64,000 nt of DNA from assembly GCF_009914755.1 (NCBI RefSeq), contig NC_060933.1; one strand, written 5' to 3'. Of the stretch, positions 15,656 through 30,050 are shown piece after piece. A program made the position numbers and the translations under genes. The notes below the pieces were generated by a model that saw only the letters and a list, made by a program, of their open reading frames with translations, did not search any database and had not been told where the DNA came from. The stretch's first letter is position 1; the number at the start of each line of letters is the position of its first letter. Source of the stretch: the human T2T-CHM13v2.0 reference genome, Homo sapiens.

Positions 15656-15790
<135 letters not shown>

Positions 15791-16461
15791 TGAGACTACA
15801 GGTGCACACTACCATGCCAGGCTAATTTTTGTATTTTCAGTAGAGATGGGGTTTCACTATATTGGCCAAAGTGGTCTTGAACTCCTGACCTCGTCATCCG
15901 CCCGCTTCAGCCTCCCAAAGTGCTGGGATTACACGCGTAAGCCACCGCGCCCAGCCCAAAAATTAATCTTAAGTACAAAAGAAGTCACCACCAGACCAAC
16001 ATACATATGGGGCAGCACTGCTTTTCCAAAGATAAATGGTATAATCATAAGAACACTAAGGCAAAAACCAAGTGCATTTTGAAATGAAAATTCAGTATTG
16101 TCAGCTTAACTTTAAAGTTAAATTCATTTGAATTCCTTGAATATATCCTAAATTCTTGAATATTAGTAATTCACTGTCTTCATTAACTATCTAATTACCT
16201 ATTAACCAAACAACAGTTTAGTTATTTAGTTTAGTTTGTTTTGGTTTAAAGTGTACATATATTTATATATGAAAATCCTTTTAAATGCAGGAGAAGGGAT
16301 AATCATTCCTCTTCTAAATTTAAAATAGTAACGTAAGAATGGACTGTGTATTCTGTAAGACTATCAGGATATATAGAAGTATAAAATCGGTTCCATTCCA
16401 GCACTTTAGGAGGCCGAGGTGGGCAGATCACGAGGTCAGGAGATCGAGACCATCCTGGCTA

Positions 16462-16804
<343 letters not shown>

Positions 16805-17035
16805 TTAAAACAGGTCTTTGGCTCCACACTCACAGCTTTATTCAGTAGGTCTAGAATAAGGCCTAAGAACTTTTTTTTTTTTTTTTTTTTTGAGATGAGG
16901 TCTGCAGTGGTGAGATCTTGGCTCACTGCAACCTTTGCCTCCCCGGCTCAGGTGACGGTTCCACCTCAGCCTCTGGAGTAGCTGGGACCACATGTGTGTG
17001 CCACCACAAACGGCTAATTTTTGTATTTTTTGTAG

Positions 17036-17185
<150 letters not shown>

Positions 17186-18472
17186 TAATGGTGCTAGACC
17201 TGACAACACACTTTGAAAAGCCCTACTCTAATATACACTGCACCATTTTCCATTAAAAGATACTTTTGTCCTCTATTAAATTTACTGAAGAGTTTCTTTA
17301 AAGTATCCCATGGAATCAGAAACTTATCACTTCTTAAAAATTATATTGTTATATATAGAATACACTTGAACCTAACTCTAATTATGATGAAGGCCAAACC
17401 AATTCTGGATCCAAAGTTGTATTTTTTTAAAAACTTATTATGAAATATTGTATGACACCATTCAAATAAAATGTCCAGAACTGGTAAGTCTATACAGACA
17501 GTAGACTAGTGGTTGTTTACGGTTGGAGAGGGGAAAGTGATCATCAAAAGGTTATGATAGTCAATATACTAAAATCTACTAAATATACTAAAATCTATTG
17601 AAAATCACTTTAAGCAGGTGAACTTCTTTGTATGTAAATTCCATCTCAATAGAGCTATTAAAGACATTGTGTGAAAGTTTATACAGTAGCTAAGCAACTT
17701 TAAACCAAATATTGCCATTGCAGCCACTCTTAGGAATACATAATTCTAATCAGAATAGCAATAGTTTTGTTTCTCCTCATCCCAGGTAAACAAGACTACC
17801 AAAATTATGACAGACACCAAACTTCAAGTCCAAAATCAACCAGATTATATAGTATTTCTAAGGCCATTAAATTATAGGTACATAGGAACATTCTTCGGGA
17901 AATTAACGGTAGCCTCCTGAGTGATCCCATGCACTTGGCAGTAACATACGTCAACATTCAGCTGCAATTTTTGAAAAATTTGCTTCACATCAGTTCTCTG
18001 CCCACATACCCACCAGAGGCAGCAGAGCTTCAGGGACCATATAAACACATGGAGGGAACTAGCTAGACTTCCTCTTCTCACCTTCTCCACAATATACACA
18101 GTTTGCATATCTGATATCATAAAACCAAAAATTAGGTACCAACTAGTCCTTATAAAAAGCACTTATTTTACTGTATAGGAATATCAGATCACTTATTAAA
18201 ACTTTCCTTATGTATTTTCATCCATCAATCATTCTTATTGCTCAGAGAATTTCTACTTTCCTTTTTGGTTAAGGAAATATCAATTCCAGTAAAAAATAAA
18301 CCTATAGCATCTGTAAACGCTACCTTAAAAATAGAGACTTAAAGACTCTTTCCAAAGTTCAAAGATTTTAAAGTTTCCTATTACGTTACGATTTCCCCCT
18401 TGAATTAATGTCTACTGCCTAATAACCCTGTTAAATTAGCTCTGATTTGCCTTTAAAGCTAACAGGACTTAC

Positions 18473-18549
18473 GTCTCATGAGTTCCAAAAAAGAAAATGG
18501 GTAGTTTGTTTGTGGGTGGCTTTACAGCTCCATCAGGAACTTCGTCTAC
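18473..18549 (-). CDS. PSIP1: PSIP1 coding exon 3
   Basis: ttttAG|GTA GAC GAA GTT CCT...CAT GAG AC|GTAAGT; 77 nt; VDEVPDGAVKPPTNKLPIFFFGTHE(T). Confidence 0.98.
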
Positions 18550-18666
18550 CTAAAAGAAAAGTGAGAAAAATTAAAATATTTTAAATCATACACACCTCAA
18601 CATTTATCTGAATAAACAAGAGCACAACATCCAAAAGGGTTCTGTTATAAAATGGGCCAGTTCTGC

Positions 18667-18950
18667 AGGCCCATAATCTCCTATCCCCAAATCTGAAACC
18701 CAAGAAGCTCTGAAAACCAAAATTTCTGTCAAAACTCATTTGGTGGCAAAACCTGGACTGACATTGAGGGTATCAGTCATTTCTTTTATCCACCTGTTTC
18801 CACTGTTGTTTCTTTGCAGACATATTATTATGTGCTATTCCAGACCGCACCAGCAGCAAAATATATGGCATATGTACTCTCCCTGCCTTCCTAAAATCCC
18901 AGAATTCTGAATTGTTAATCATATCATTTCAGGTAAGGAGTCTGAACCTA
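18667..18950. mobile_element. MER46C-like Tigger relic
   Basis: aagctctgaaaaccaaaa...tttggtggcaaaacctg resembles the recalled consensus. Confidence 0.5.
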
Positions 18951-19413
18951 TTTGACAACCCTAAATGTTAGTTCTGCAGGAAATCTATACAAATAACAGA
19001 CTAATGTAAAAGCAGACATTGACAAAAGTTTAAATCAGTACCTCCCAAAGTCTGAAAAACTTACTATGAAAAGATCCTTCACTGATGTGCCTGAATCACA
19101 TGAGGCTACCTGTTCCTTTTTCACTGCTCTTTCAACCTTTTAAATTATGTAAGGAAGAAATCATCAGGTGCTGTCACGTCTAATATATCCATAATACTTG
19201 TTACTTTCCCTCATCAATAAAGGAAAAGCAGACCTCAGGACTAAAGCAGTACTATCTAGCTAGAATTTAACAACATGTCGGCCAGGCGCGGTGGCTCACA
19301 CCTGTAATCCCAGCACTCTGGGAGGGCAAGGTGGATGGATCATGAGGTCAGGAGTTCAAGACCAGCCTGACCAATATGGTGAAACCCGGTCTCTACTAAA
19401 AATACAAAAATTA

Positions 19414-19548
<135 letters not shown>

Positions 19549-22028
19549 TTAAAAAAAACAAAAAAAAAGAATTTAACAACATATCTATTTTAAATGTCAT
19601 AATTTTCATAATTTCAAAAACACTTCAATTTGAAAATCAGCTGACTTTGTTAAGAAGGGGGTTGACCATCAGAGGACCTACTATCCTCTGTAAGCATTAT
19701 GGTGTTGCAGAAGAAGACCATCAGGATGACTGAACTGATTTGTGAGGGAAGTCTAAAGGCTTTCACACACCAACAGAATCATTACCACCCAATATCTCTA
19801 GGGACCTATTTCCCCACTTATATGATGAAGATCACACCTGTTATCTCAACTTTGTGGGAATGTCCCGATAATTGCAAAAATCCTTAATCCCTTAAGAGAT
19901 CATTTCTGTTAACCCAGTTCATATGCCTCTTTCTGCTAGCAAACAGCTTAAAGAGTTTATGCAAATACCTAGCACCTATAGCCTTTAGCAAATGCCGGGC
20001 AAAATTTAAGTTGATTTTTTAAATAATTATTACTGGTAAACGATTATGTACATGAATGTTTAAGACTTAAAAATTAATGAAGTTTGGGACATGTAGACAG
20101 AAATGTTAAAGCAAAAATTGCAACAAGAGGTGTCACCTTTACGGCTCAGACTTTAAATATGGACTCTAAACTCTACAGCAAAGATTTCAAATTTTTAAGA
20201 ATGAAGAAGACAGAAAAAGGAATGTAACTGTTGGACACAGAATACACCAACACTAAATGGAGGTGTTTCTCAGAAAAAATGATGGGGAAAAGGGAAAAGA
20301 CAAACACTTCCCTTCCAATCCAAATGAACTTGTTAAATGTAGAACTTGTTAAATAAGGAAAACACTCTGGTCTTCCAAAGGCTACCCTATTTTATTTTCA
20401 GTAGCACTCTTAGTCACTTAACATATGAGCGTGGGGAGGGTGATTTGGGAGATTTTTTAAACATTTCCTTTGGCTTTTAACTTCACTGTGGCATGCAAAT
20501 CGGAATATAGATCTATTAGACAACCTCATATTTTCAAACACCTCAAAATAAACAAGGATACCTCGAAGACCATGAAAAAGTATATCAGAGGGGCCTTAAA
20601 CCTGATCAGTTTCCCTAGGCTCCATTTGAACGTGAATTGTGTTTTATAGGTGCATCATATATACTACGGACTATGGAGGGTATAAACAAATTCCATTTAA
20701 GGTTGTTGCCCTCGGTCTCACAATATATTTGGAGGTCAAAGCATACACAGAGTTAAGAATTAAAACAAAAGATTATCACGAAAGGAATAGATTAGAATGT
20801 AAAATATACAGACAAGGATTATGACTAAGGATTGTTCAAGTAAGACTGCACCGAAAAGGCAGACTTTATAGGCAAGGAAAAAAGCTTTGGAAGGAAACTT
20901 GTGAACAGGAGTTTACGTAGAGCAGCTAGATGGAAGAAAGTCAAGGAACAGTGATCGTTTTACACTTGGATGGCACTCTCAGCTCCTAGACAGGACTCCG
21001 TTATCTAATGGGTGTTTTCCACCATTCCCCTGCTGACATAACTAAAACTACAGAATTTAATTATTTTTAAGAAATACATTTTCAAAGGACAGTAAATTAG
21101 TCGAAAATAAATGGCTTGGAAAAATAAAACTTCAGAACCCCATGTAAGTATATTTTTAAAGGATCTTGAGTTTACCTAATCTAATTGATTGCAACATATC
21201 TTAGGTCCTATCTATCTCTGTTTGAGAGCCTGGGTACCACCATAAACAAAAAGAACCCTTTTTCTAAAAATGGAGCGTACATCTTTAAACAGTCTCAATT
21301 CCTCAATGTCACAAAACATCCTGGGTCCTTAATCATTTCTCTGTACCACTAGATGTGAACTGAGGAATCTGGTCCACACCTCCTTTTTGCCTATTGGAAA
21401 CAAAAAGGTAAAACAACTTCTTCAAGGTCATAAACATCTCAAATAAAAAAGGAGAAATGAATTTTCTGGCCCTTCCTCGGTACTAAACTACTGTAATACT
21501 TTCAAGAATATCCAGTCCTGAATCTGTATTAAACAAGCAAATCCAGAAGGCCTCATCAAGTACAAGGTATTTTTTTTAAAACCCTGTAAATCCAATTTAA
21601 TCACATACGCACTTCTCTGACATCCAAGTGTTTGTGTGTAATCTGCACAAATTCCATTGATATTTTGTACTTGATCCAAAACTATGGAAATGTCAATGTT
21701 TCACTAATTTTTAAACAAAAATTCACTCTTCATTATTTCACCTACAATGGAATATTAACTAGCAACGCATTTAAATATTTCCTAGGAAGAAAATCTGTCC
21801 AAGTCTGCCAATAAACCATAGGGAAATACACAGGTATGTAGAAACGTCTGGATTTTCATAATTACACGGGAGATTATTGGGCAAAAAACTAAAATGAAAG
21901 GTCAGGTTACAAATGAGACTAAAGCGAGGGAGAGAAAGGACAGAAGAAAAAATAAAGAGACACGGTGGGCAGCAGGCCTCTGGAGAGGAGGGTAGCACTG
22001 CTAAGCGCGAGGGCTACAAATCACTTAC

Positions 22029-22100
22029 TCGAGCTGGCCAATGGGGATAACCTTTCATCTTGGCGAAGATGAGGTCTCCAGGTTTGAAATCGCGAGTCAT
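22029..22100 (-). CDS. PSIP1: PSIP1 exon 2 coding part (start codon)
   Basis: gaaacATG ACT CGC GAT TTC...GCT CGA|GTAAGT; [24 protein letters not shown] with the PHWP variant of the PWWP motif; 72+77+139=288 nt = 96 codons in frame. Confidence 0.99.
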
Positions 22101-22241
22101 GTTTCGGGGGCGAGACCGGGGGTCCGAAGCCCGGGAGGCGGCGAGGAGATGCGGCGGCGCGGGGATGCGGGCGGCGGACGCGGGCCCAGCTACCGGGCCC
22201 GCGGGCGGGGGAGGATGCCTCGGGGCGTCCCGACGCGCCTG
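22101..22241 (-). other. PSIP1: PSIP1 exon 2 5'UTR portion with tandem TAGCAG acceptor
   Basis: Minus strand ctctcccTAG CAG gcgcg; exon could start at 22241 or 22238; no upstream ATG. Confidence 0.8.
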
Positions 22242-22728
22242 CTAGGGAGAGCACCGAGGGCGGTTAAAGCGAAGAACCCCGAAGGGAGGGGCCGCAAGGG
22301 GAGGGGGAGGGGAACCGGCGGGTGGGGGTGGGAGAGCGAGGGGACGGCCGCCTCCCGCTCCTCCCCCGCCAGTGCGCTGCCTCCGCGCTGGAGCAGGTCC
22401 TCCACCCCGCCACCGAAGAGACGCCACCACCTGAAGCAGGGATGCTGCCCGGCCAGAAATCGCCCGTCTGCCCGCCCCATCTTTCTCCGGGCTTTTTCCA
22501 CCGAGCTTAAGCCCCAAAAGGGAGGGGGTGCATGGGAGAGAAAAAGGCAGGGATTCCGAGAAGCGAGCGGCCCCCTTCCGCCCACGCAAGGCCTCCCCCG
22601 CAACCTGCTGCCCAGCGGCTGCAGCCTCGGCCCCCTCGGCTCCCGGGCGGGCCGCGTCCACTTCCCCGCTACAGCCAGGAGCGACGCCACCGAGGGGGGG
22701 GCGGGGCGAGTCCCCGTCGCCCGCTCAC

Positions 22729-22900
22729 CTGCCGGGGCCGCGGGCGCCGACGCTGCGGTTGCTGGCCGGTCGCCTCTACCCGCGTCCACGCAAGCCACCT
22801 GCGCCACCAGCTGCCGCAGAGGCGTCTCAACGGCTCGGAATCGCAACCGCGCCGCCGCTGCCGCCGCCGTAGCTGCGCTGCTCCCGCGCGGCTCCCGCTC
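22729..22900 (-). other. PSIP1: PSIP1 non-coding exon 1 (5' end approximate)
   Basis: Strong donor CAG|GTGAGC at 22729/22728 inside the CpG island; the TSS cannot be fixed from sequence. Confidence 0.75.
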
Positions 22901-24510
22901 GGCGCCCGCTAGCACTGGGGCGCGACCAACTGTTTACCGAGAGAGGGGGGATGTTGCAGCACCCGGCGAAGCTGTGTGGCTCCGAAGCGGATTTTCTGGA
23001 AACCCTACGTCCCCAAGTTCGCTTTCATGTAACAGGTGCATGCAGATGGAGAGGAAGACGCAAGCGAAGAAGAAAGGACTGGGCGAAAATAGCTCGGCCT
23101 GCCGCAAGTTCCCCCTGCGGTTTGCGGAGTGGTCGGGCCCGGCCCGCCCCTGCTGGCTTCTCTGCGTGTGTGTATTTGTATGTGTACTGTATGTAAAAGG
23201 CGGGGAGGGAGGAAATGATTGTTGTGGACGCGGTTTTGGGGGCGGGTATCCGGGCCTCTCTCCCTTGGCTGCGTGTTAGGGAGAAAGTGGCAGTAAAGAT
23301 TCATGTTCTTGTATCGTTTCCAGGGTGGGGAGGTTTGAATGCTGCTTTTGCGCGGTTTGCATCATCCAAAAAAGAGGAGCTGTACGAAAACCCTAAGATG
23401 AAATTGGAGCATGCGGCGGTTGCAGGGTGTGCTGCATCTAGGCCTCTTGCACCTCGCTGAATGGGCCTCGTAGTCTCCTTTTCCTTGAAATTGTAGTATG
23501 AGAGAGCCCTATTTCATTTCTTTTGCATTTGCATCACCAAGAACTATTAAGAAAAATGCAACCCTACTGAATGCAAAATGCGAAGGGTAGAAAACAATGA
23601 CAGGAAAACAGAAACCTTTTAGATAGGATGTGAGTTTGGGCCCTAACTAAATTTTAGCTGCATCTAAATTTTATTTCCCTAGTAGAATAGGAGCTGGTAG
23701 GTGGTACAATGTGTAAGTGTTACTAAACCTCAAATATTTTCTCTCTTAAAATGCTCTTCAAGGGATTTTAAAGGTTAATTTTTTGATCCTTTAGAGAGGC
23801 TGAAAATATTTTTAAAAAGAATGTTAAGACATATAAAAATAAGAATAATAAGACATATATTAGCACCTAGATAATACTGTTTTAAATACGGGACTCAACT
23901 GGAAATGAATTAGGAAATTTTTTTTGAATTGGTAAAAATTGAGAATTTTTTGAAAGCGATACAGCATGTCTTTAAAAAGGAATGAAAGAAGACAGTCCCA
24001 AAGTAAAATGTCCTGTAAGGAGTTTCGAGAAACTAAGTATACCTGGGCAATATGCAGAGAGTTCCAAGTGGAGCAAAAAGAGAAATTGGCAGAGGAGAAG
24101 GAAGGGTTGGTGAAATGTCTTGAAGCTTCTCATTCTGAATATGAATTTAATGTGTGTAGTAGGAAGCTACTATAGGTTGCTCAGCAAGAAGGGGGTAAAA
24201 ATGATTATTTAACCAGTTCTTGATGTTTCAAGGTAGATGTTAGTAGAAAGAGGCTGGGGGTAACTGGAGTACTCATGAAATGACGCATTTCTCAGTGAGA
24301 ATGGTGACTAAGAAAAGGGAAGGAAGAGCACAACTAAGTAATTACACAAAGGAATGATTGTCAGGTGTTGGCTATAAATTATGCATAGGAAAAGGTGGAA
24401 AAAGATGTATTGAAGAAAAGCTCAAGATACAGAGTAAGAGAGACCAAAGCAGCATCCAGCAATCATTTTTTTGTGTGTATGCACTTTATTTGTTCTAAAC
24501 CCTGTAAGGC

Positions 24511-24667
24511 CTTGCTACTTCAAGTGTGGTCCAAGGCCCAGCAGCAAGGGCTTTACCTGGGAGCTCAGGTAAAGCTCAGACCTTCCCCAGGCCTTCTAAA
24601 TCATAATCTGCGTTTTAACAGGATCCCTAGGTGATTCTTACGCATATTCAAGTTTGAGAAACTGCTT
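24511..24667. mobile_element. MER5A-like hAT relic
   Basis: caagtgtggtcc...atctgcgttttaacaggatccctaggtgattct...aagtttgagaaactg. Confidence 0.65.
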
Positions 24668-26909
24668 TAGAGGATACCTCAGACTGTAAAAACTTCAAAC
24701 TAAGAAAAACAGATATATAACAAGTTATAATTAACGTTAAAGATAACTTTTTATTAGTACTAATGGTAGGATTAACAGGTAAAGAGGGGGTAGTTAGTGT
24801 TAGAGGGGACCTCAGAAAAGAAATAAAAAAGGGAAAATGGAAAAGCATTGATGTTTTACTATTAGTATTTTCTGTTGTTTTTGTTGTTTTAAAAAAAGGA
24901 AGTACCATACTTAGCTCCTGCTGCCTTTAAGTTTTGTCCGCTTCAACCTGTGGTAGTTTGTGAACAACAGGAGATACCCTTTAAACAATAAAGGCAAAAC
25001 AGGTGGTGGTTTAAGCTTCCAGAGAACAAAAGCCCAGGATCCCTGGGAGCAACAGTTCTGAATCTGCGAGGAAAGGGGGGGGGAGGGGAGGGGAGGGGAG
25101 GGCAGGGAACGGGGAAGGAAAGCTGGGCACATCCTAGCCACTTGGGAGAGCTTTTCTGTGCTCTTTTCCAGCTATGCTTGGTGCAGCCCTCTCCCATAGT
25201 CAGCCTTCTTAGTGGGGATACTTGAAAAAGTATACCAAAATGGAGATCAGAGGAGCAATGGGAAAGTTATAAGGAGAAAGAGTGTAATTTCCAAAACAAC
25301 TGAAGCAAGGGGAGGGGGCAGGAAAATCCAAATGAGTTGAGGCAGGAACTTGGCCTACATTATCTCATTTAACCCAAGTGCCACTATCCCCATTTCACAG
25401 ATGAGAAAATAAGCTCACAGAAGGTAAGCAGCTAGCTTGCCCAAGATCACACATCTAGTCCAGGGGCTGAGGCAACATTCTAGCCCCTCTGGCTACTTGC
25501 CCATGCCATTTTTGTGATCCCACATCGCCTCTAGGTGGGGCAGGGAGGCAGCAAGGCTGAAGGAGGAGTGGCTTATAATTAGAAAAGATGCTGGAAGGAA
25601 AAGCAGCCCAGTACTTACTCTTCCACCTTCCACCTTTGGGCTTGAAAGTATTCCCAGCTTCAAATTTCCTAACAACCTCCCTCCACACCATGCCATTCCC
25701 CAGCTTGTCCCCAGCACGAGACCATTCTGTTTAACTCCTTCTGGTCCTAAAAAACTCAACCCAAAAATCACCTCTGGAAAAGATGTGACCTAATCTTAGA
25801 GTAACATAGTTTCTTATTTACACTCTTTCCTACTAATCTGTAAACTGCTTAGAAGTAGGCACTATCTTATTCATCAGTGCAGGTACTCAATAAAAAAGCG
25901 CCGGACGCGGTGGCTCATGCCCGTAATCCCAGCACTCTGGGAGGCCAGGGCAGGTGGATCACGAGGTCAGGAGTTCAAGACCAGCCTGGCCAACATGGTG
26001 AAACCCCGTCTATACTAAAAATACAAAAATTAGCCGGGTGTGGTGGTGTGCGCCTGTTAATCCCAGCTTCTCAGGAGGCTGAGGCAGGAGAATCCCTTGA
26101 ACCTGGGAGGAGGAGGTTGCAGTGTTCCAAGATCACCCCACTGCACTCCAGCCAGGGTGACAGAGCGAGACTCTCTCTCAAAAAAAAAATTCCTTTTCAA
26201 AAATATTTATTGAGTGAATGAGAGGGAGGGGCAAGTGAAAAACCCCAACAGACTCATTAATCCTTTAGGATGAAAATACAGGTAAGTATGACACATGGAA
26301 GTGTTTTTGTTTTGACTTTATGAATTTTTCTTGTACAGTACTTAAAGGTTAACCCTTTAAGAGCAGTGACATTTTTCATTCACTACAAATACATTCATTT
26401 TAACTATTTTAATGAAAATCTTTCTAAATGAGATCTTTATTCTAAAAAATTAGCAACAATCTCTTCCTTCGTATCTCTTGCATAATTTCCTACCTTAATA
26501 CACAGTGTTAGTGATGCACCTTCAATTTATTGGTATGAACAGGTATTGAACTGTTTTCTCGTGTTGTATGTTAATCCTTATGATGGGGAAATAGTGGGAA
26601 GTTAGCAAGAATATGGGGGAAAATAAAGAGCATTAATCAAAGAGCTAGTTTAGTTGGGGATGTCATAAATCCAATCTAGGTCTTGCTTCCCATGAAAATC
26701 AATAAGCATTCAAAGCTTTGACTCCCAGGTGGGCAAAAACCAAGAAGTACTAGCTTATGAGCTGGTAGCTAGGTTTACTGCTGAGCTGGTTTACCAATGT
26801 TTAGAGGAGAGTTGTTTTCAGCACATGAGATAAGAGAAGTCTTAAGGAATCTGAGTGCTCCTTAGAAAGACTAGAAAGAAGCAAGGCAAAGATAGAGTTT
26901 GACAGTTGA

Positions 26910-27466
<557 letters not shown>

Positions 27467-28844
27467 TAGTTTTAGGAGAGATAGGGTTTTGCCACGTTGG
27501 CCAGACTGGTCTCGAACCCCTGATCTCAGGTGATCTGCCCTCCCCGGCCTCCCAGAGTGCTAGGATTACAGGCGTGAGTCACTGTGCCCAACGTCCAGTG
27601 GGATTTTTAAAAAAAATCACTAGATGACCTGATTACTTCTCATCTCAGATACTTGGTTTGCTTCTTTCTTACATCTCCATCTCCAGTCTTGGTTAAGGGT
27701 TCTCTTACCCACATGTGTATATGCCATACTCCTCTTTGACTCTGCTGCCTGATTTTGCCTTTTTCCCTGCTTCATCTTATTCCTTTGTCTACATTCTTTC
27801 TCATTTTCCTCCGTGTTCTTACTCCATGATTTTGGTGTGTGAAGTGTGTAGCTTTGAAAGTAGAATGATGTCTTGCTCTGGTCAATAGACCTACCAACCT
27901 ACTGATGTCTTTTATTGTCTTTGTACCATTGATTCTTCTAGGTCAGCTTTCTCAGAGTGTTTTATGAGAACAGTAGTATAGCTTGAGAAGTTAAAAGGCC
28001 TAAATTAGGGAAAAGGAAATTCTATAGACAAGTGAATTTGAGAAACGCAGAGTCAAAGTTGCATGGCTTTCTTTAAAGTAAGACATCTCAGAGCTGTTAA
28101 TATATTAAATTTGCTTTATGAATTTCTAAAATGGGTTTTTAGCCATCAGTCCAAAGTTATTTGATAATGGAACTCCCCTTTCTTTTTTCCTGGAAAACCG
28201 TCACCTAGGACTAGTGATGGTAAATATTGTACCATGCAACATTTTGGCGATGTGCTTTCTTATGAGCTTATTGATAAGCAGGGGATGTGAGGTTGAGCTC
28301 TGATAGCCAGACAGACACCAGAGGCTTTACTTTAAATGCAAATTTAATGTATCTTAATATTTAGAAAAAGTAACTCAGGTGCTCGATGTTCAATTACAGA
28401 GAAAAAACTAATAGTTACCACTTTGATATGACATAAGAAAAGAGAGCACAGACTTTGGAGTCAAGCATGAGTTCTGATCATGGCTCTGTCACTTTCCATA
28501 CGTGCTATTAGGCAACTCTTAACTTCATGTACTTATTTTCTTATCAGTGAAATGTGAATAAGGACACTTGCCTTGGAGGGCTATTGTGAGGATTAAATTA
28601 GATCATAAATATATAATGTGCATGATATTAGTATCTTAGCCATGTTTACAACCTAGGGGGAGAAATAAGTAATTGTCTTCCATGTATGTATAGGATTATG
28701 CTATGACTGGGTCTAAAATCCAACTAGATGTAGAGGGAAAAGTTCTGTATGAAAACTTCACTTCTAAGGACTGCTGGATGACAAATTACTGGTTTGACTT
28801 TGCTGTTTGGGGATTTTTTTCTTCTTCTTGGATTGGTCTTTTAT

Positions 28845-28845
28845 A

Positions 28846-28880
<35 letters not shown>
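28845..28880. repeat. (TTA)n microsatellite derived from an Alu tail
   Basis: Pure tta repeat abutting a minus-strand Alu. Confidence 0.9.
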
Positions 28881-28881
<1 letters not shown>

Positions 28882-29199
28882 TGAGACAGGGTCTTGCTCT
28901 GTTGCCCAGGCCGCAGTGCAACGGCCTGATCTCGGCTCACTGCATCCTCAAACTCCTAGGCTCAAGTGATCCTTCCCTCTCAACCTGTGGAGTAGATGGG
29001 ACTACAGTCGCATACCACTATCCCCAGCTATTTTTTTTTTTTTAATTTTTTGTAGAGACAAGGTCTCCCTATGTTGCCCAGGCTGATCTCAAACTCCTGG
29101 TCTCAAGCAATCCTCCTGCCTCGGCCTCCCAAAACTGTAGGATTATGGGCACGAGCCACAGTGCCTGGCCTGGTTTGGGTTTTTTTGTTGTTGTTTTTT

Positions 29200-30050
29200 T
29201 TTAAGATTTTATTTTTTGAGAGCAGTTTTAGATTCACAGCAAAATTGAGAAGATACAGATGTATCCCATATGCCCTCTACCCCCACACATGCATAGCGTA
29301 TATCATTATCAACATCCCCCACTAAAGTGTTACATTTTTTACGATTGATGAAACTACATTAACATATTACCCAATGTCCATAGTTTACATTAGGGTTCAC
29401 TATTGCTTCGTGCATTCTATGGGTTTGGACAAATTTATAATGACATGTATCCGCCACTGTAACATCATACAGAGTAGTTTCACTGCCCTCAAAATCCTTT
29501 CTGCCCTGCGTATTCATCCGTCCATTCCCCAAGTCATGGCAACCACTTATCTTTTTACTGTCTTCATACTTTCCCCTTTTCCAAATCATACAATATGTAA
29601 CCTTTTCAGAGGCTTCTTTCACTTCGTAATCTGCATTTAAGTTTCCTCCATGGCTTGATAGGTAATTTCTTTTTAGTTCTGAAACATATTCCATTGTCTG
29701 GACATATTTTGTTGGTTCGAATATTCACCTACTGAAGGAAACTTGGTTGCTTCCAAGTTTTGGCAATTATGAATAAAACTGCTATAAACGACTATGTGCA
29801 TGTTTTGTGTGAACATAAGTTTTCAACTTATTTGTGTAAATACCAAGTTCTGTAATTGCTGATTCATATGGTAAGAATATGTTTCACTTTAAGAAATTGC
29901 CAAACTGTTTCCCAAAGTGGTTGTACCATTTTATATTCCCACCAGCAATGAATGAGAGTTCCTGTTGCTCCACATCCTCATCAGCATTTGGTGTTGTGTT
30001 TTGGATCTTGGCCATTCTATTAGATGTGTATTAGGTATCTCATTGTTATT
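29200..30050 (-). mobile_element. L1M (MA/MB-type) 3' fragment
   Basis: gagcagttttagattcacagcaaaattgag...ccaccagcaatgaatgagagttcctgttgctccacatcctc. Confidence 0.8.

Larger units (their letters stand above)
21990..23300. promoter_or_regulatory. CpG island / TATA-less PSIP1 promoter
   Basis: Very high GC and CpG density against an AT-rich background; multiple GC boxes; spans exons 1-2. Confidence 0.93.

Noticed and set aside
18009-18025. CTCF-like ccaccagaggcagc
   Set aside because: Lacks one G of the core GGGC; weak match.
22041-23279. 412-aa plus-strand ORF antisense to PSIP1, and overlapping 241/139/126-aa ORFs
   Set aside because: Lie in the CpG island where stops are rare; low-complexity Arg/Gly/Ala/Pro content with no recognisable domain.
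26270-26290. Strong plus-strand donor CAG|GTAAGT as a sign of a divergent lncRNA
   Set aside because: An isolated motif with no supportable exon or transcript structure from sequence alone.
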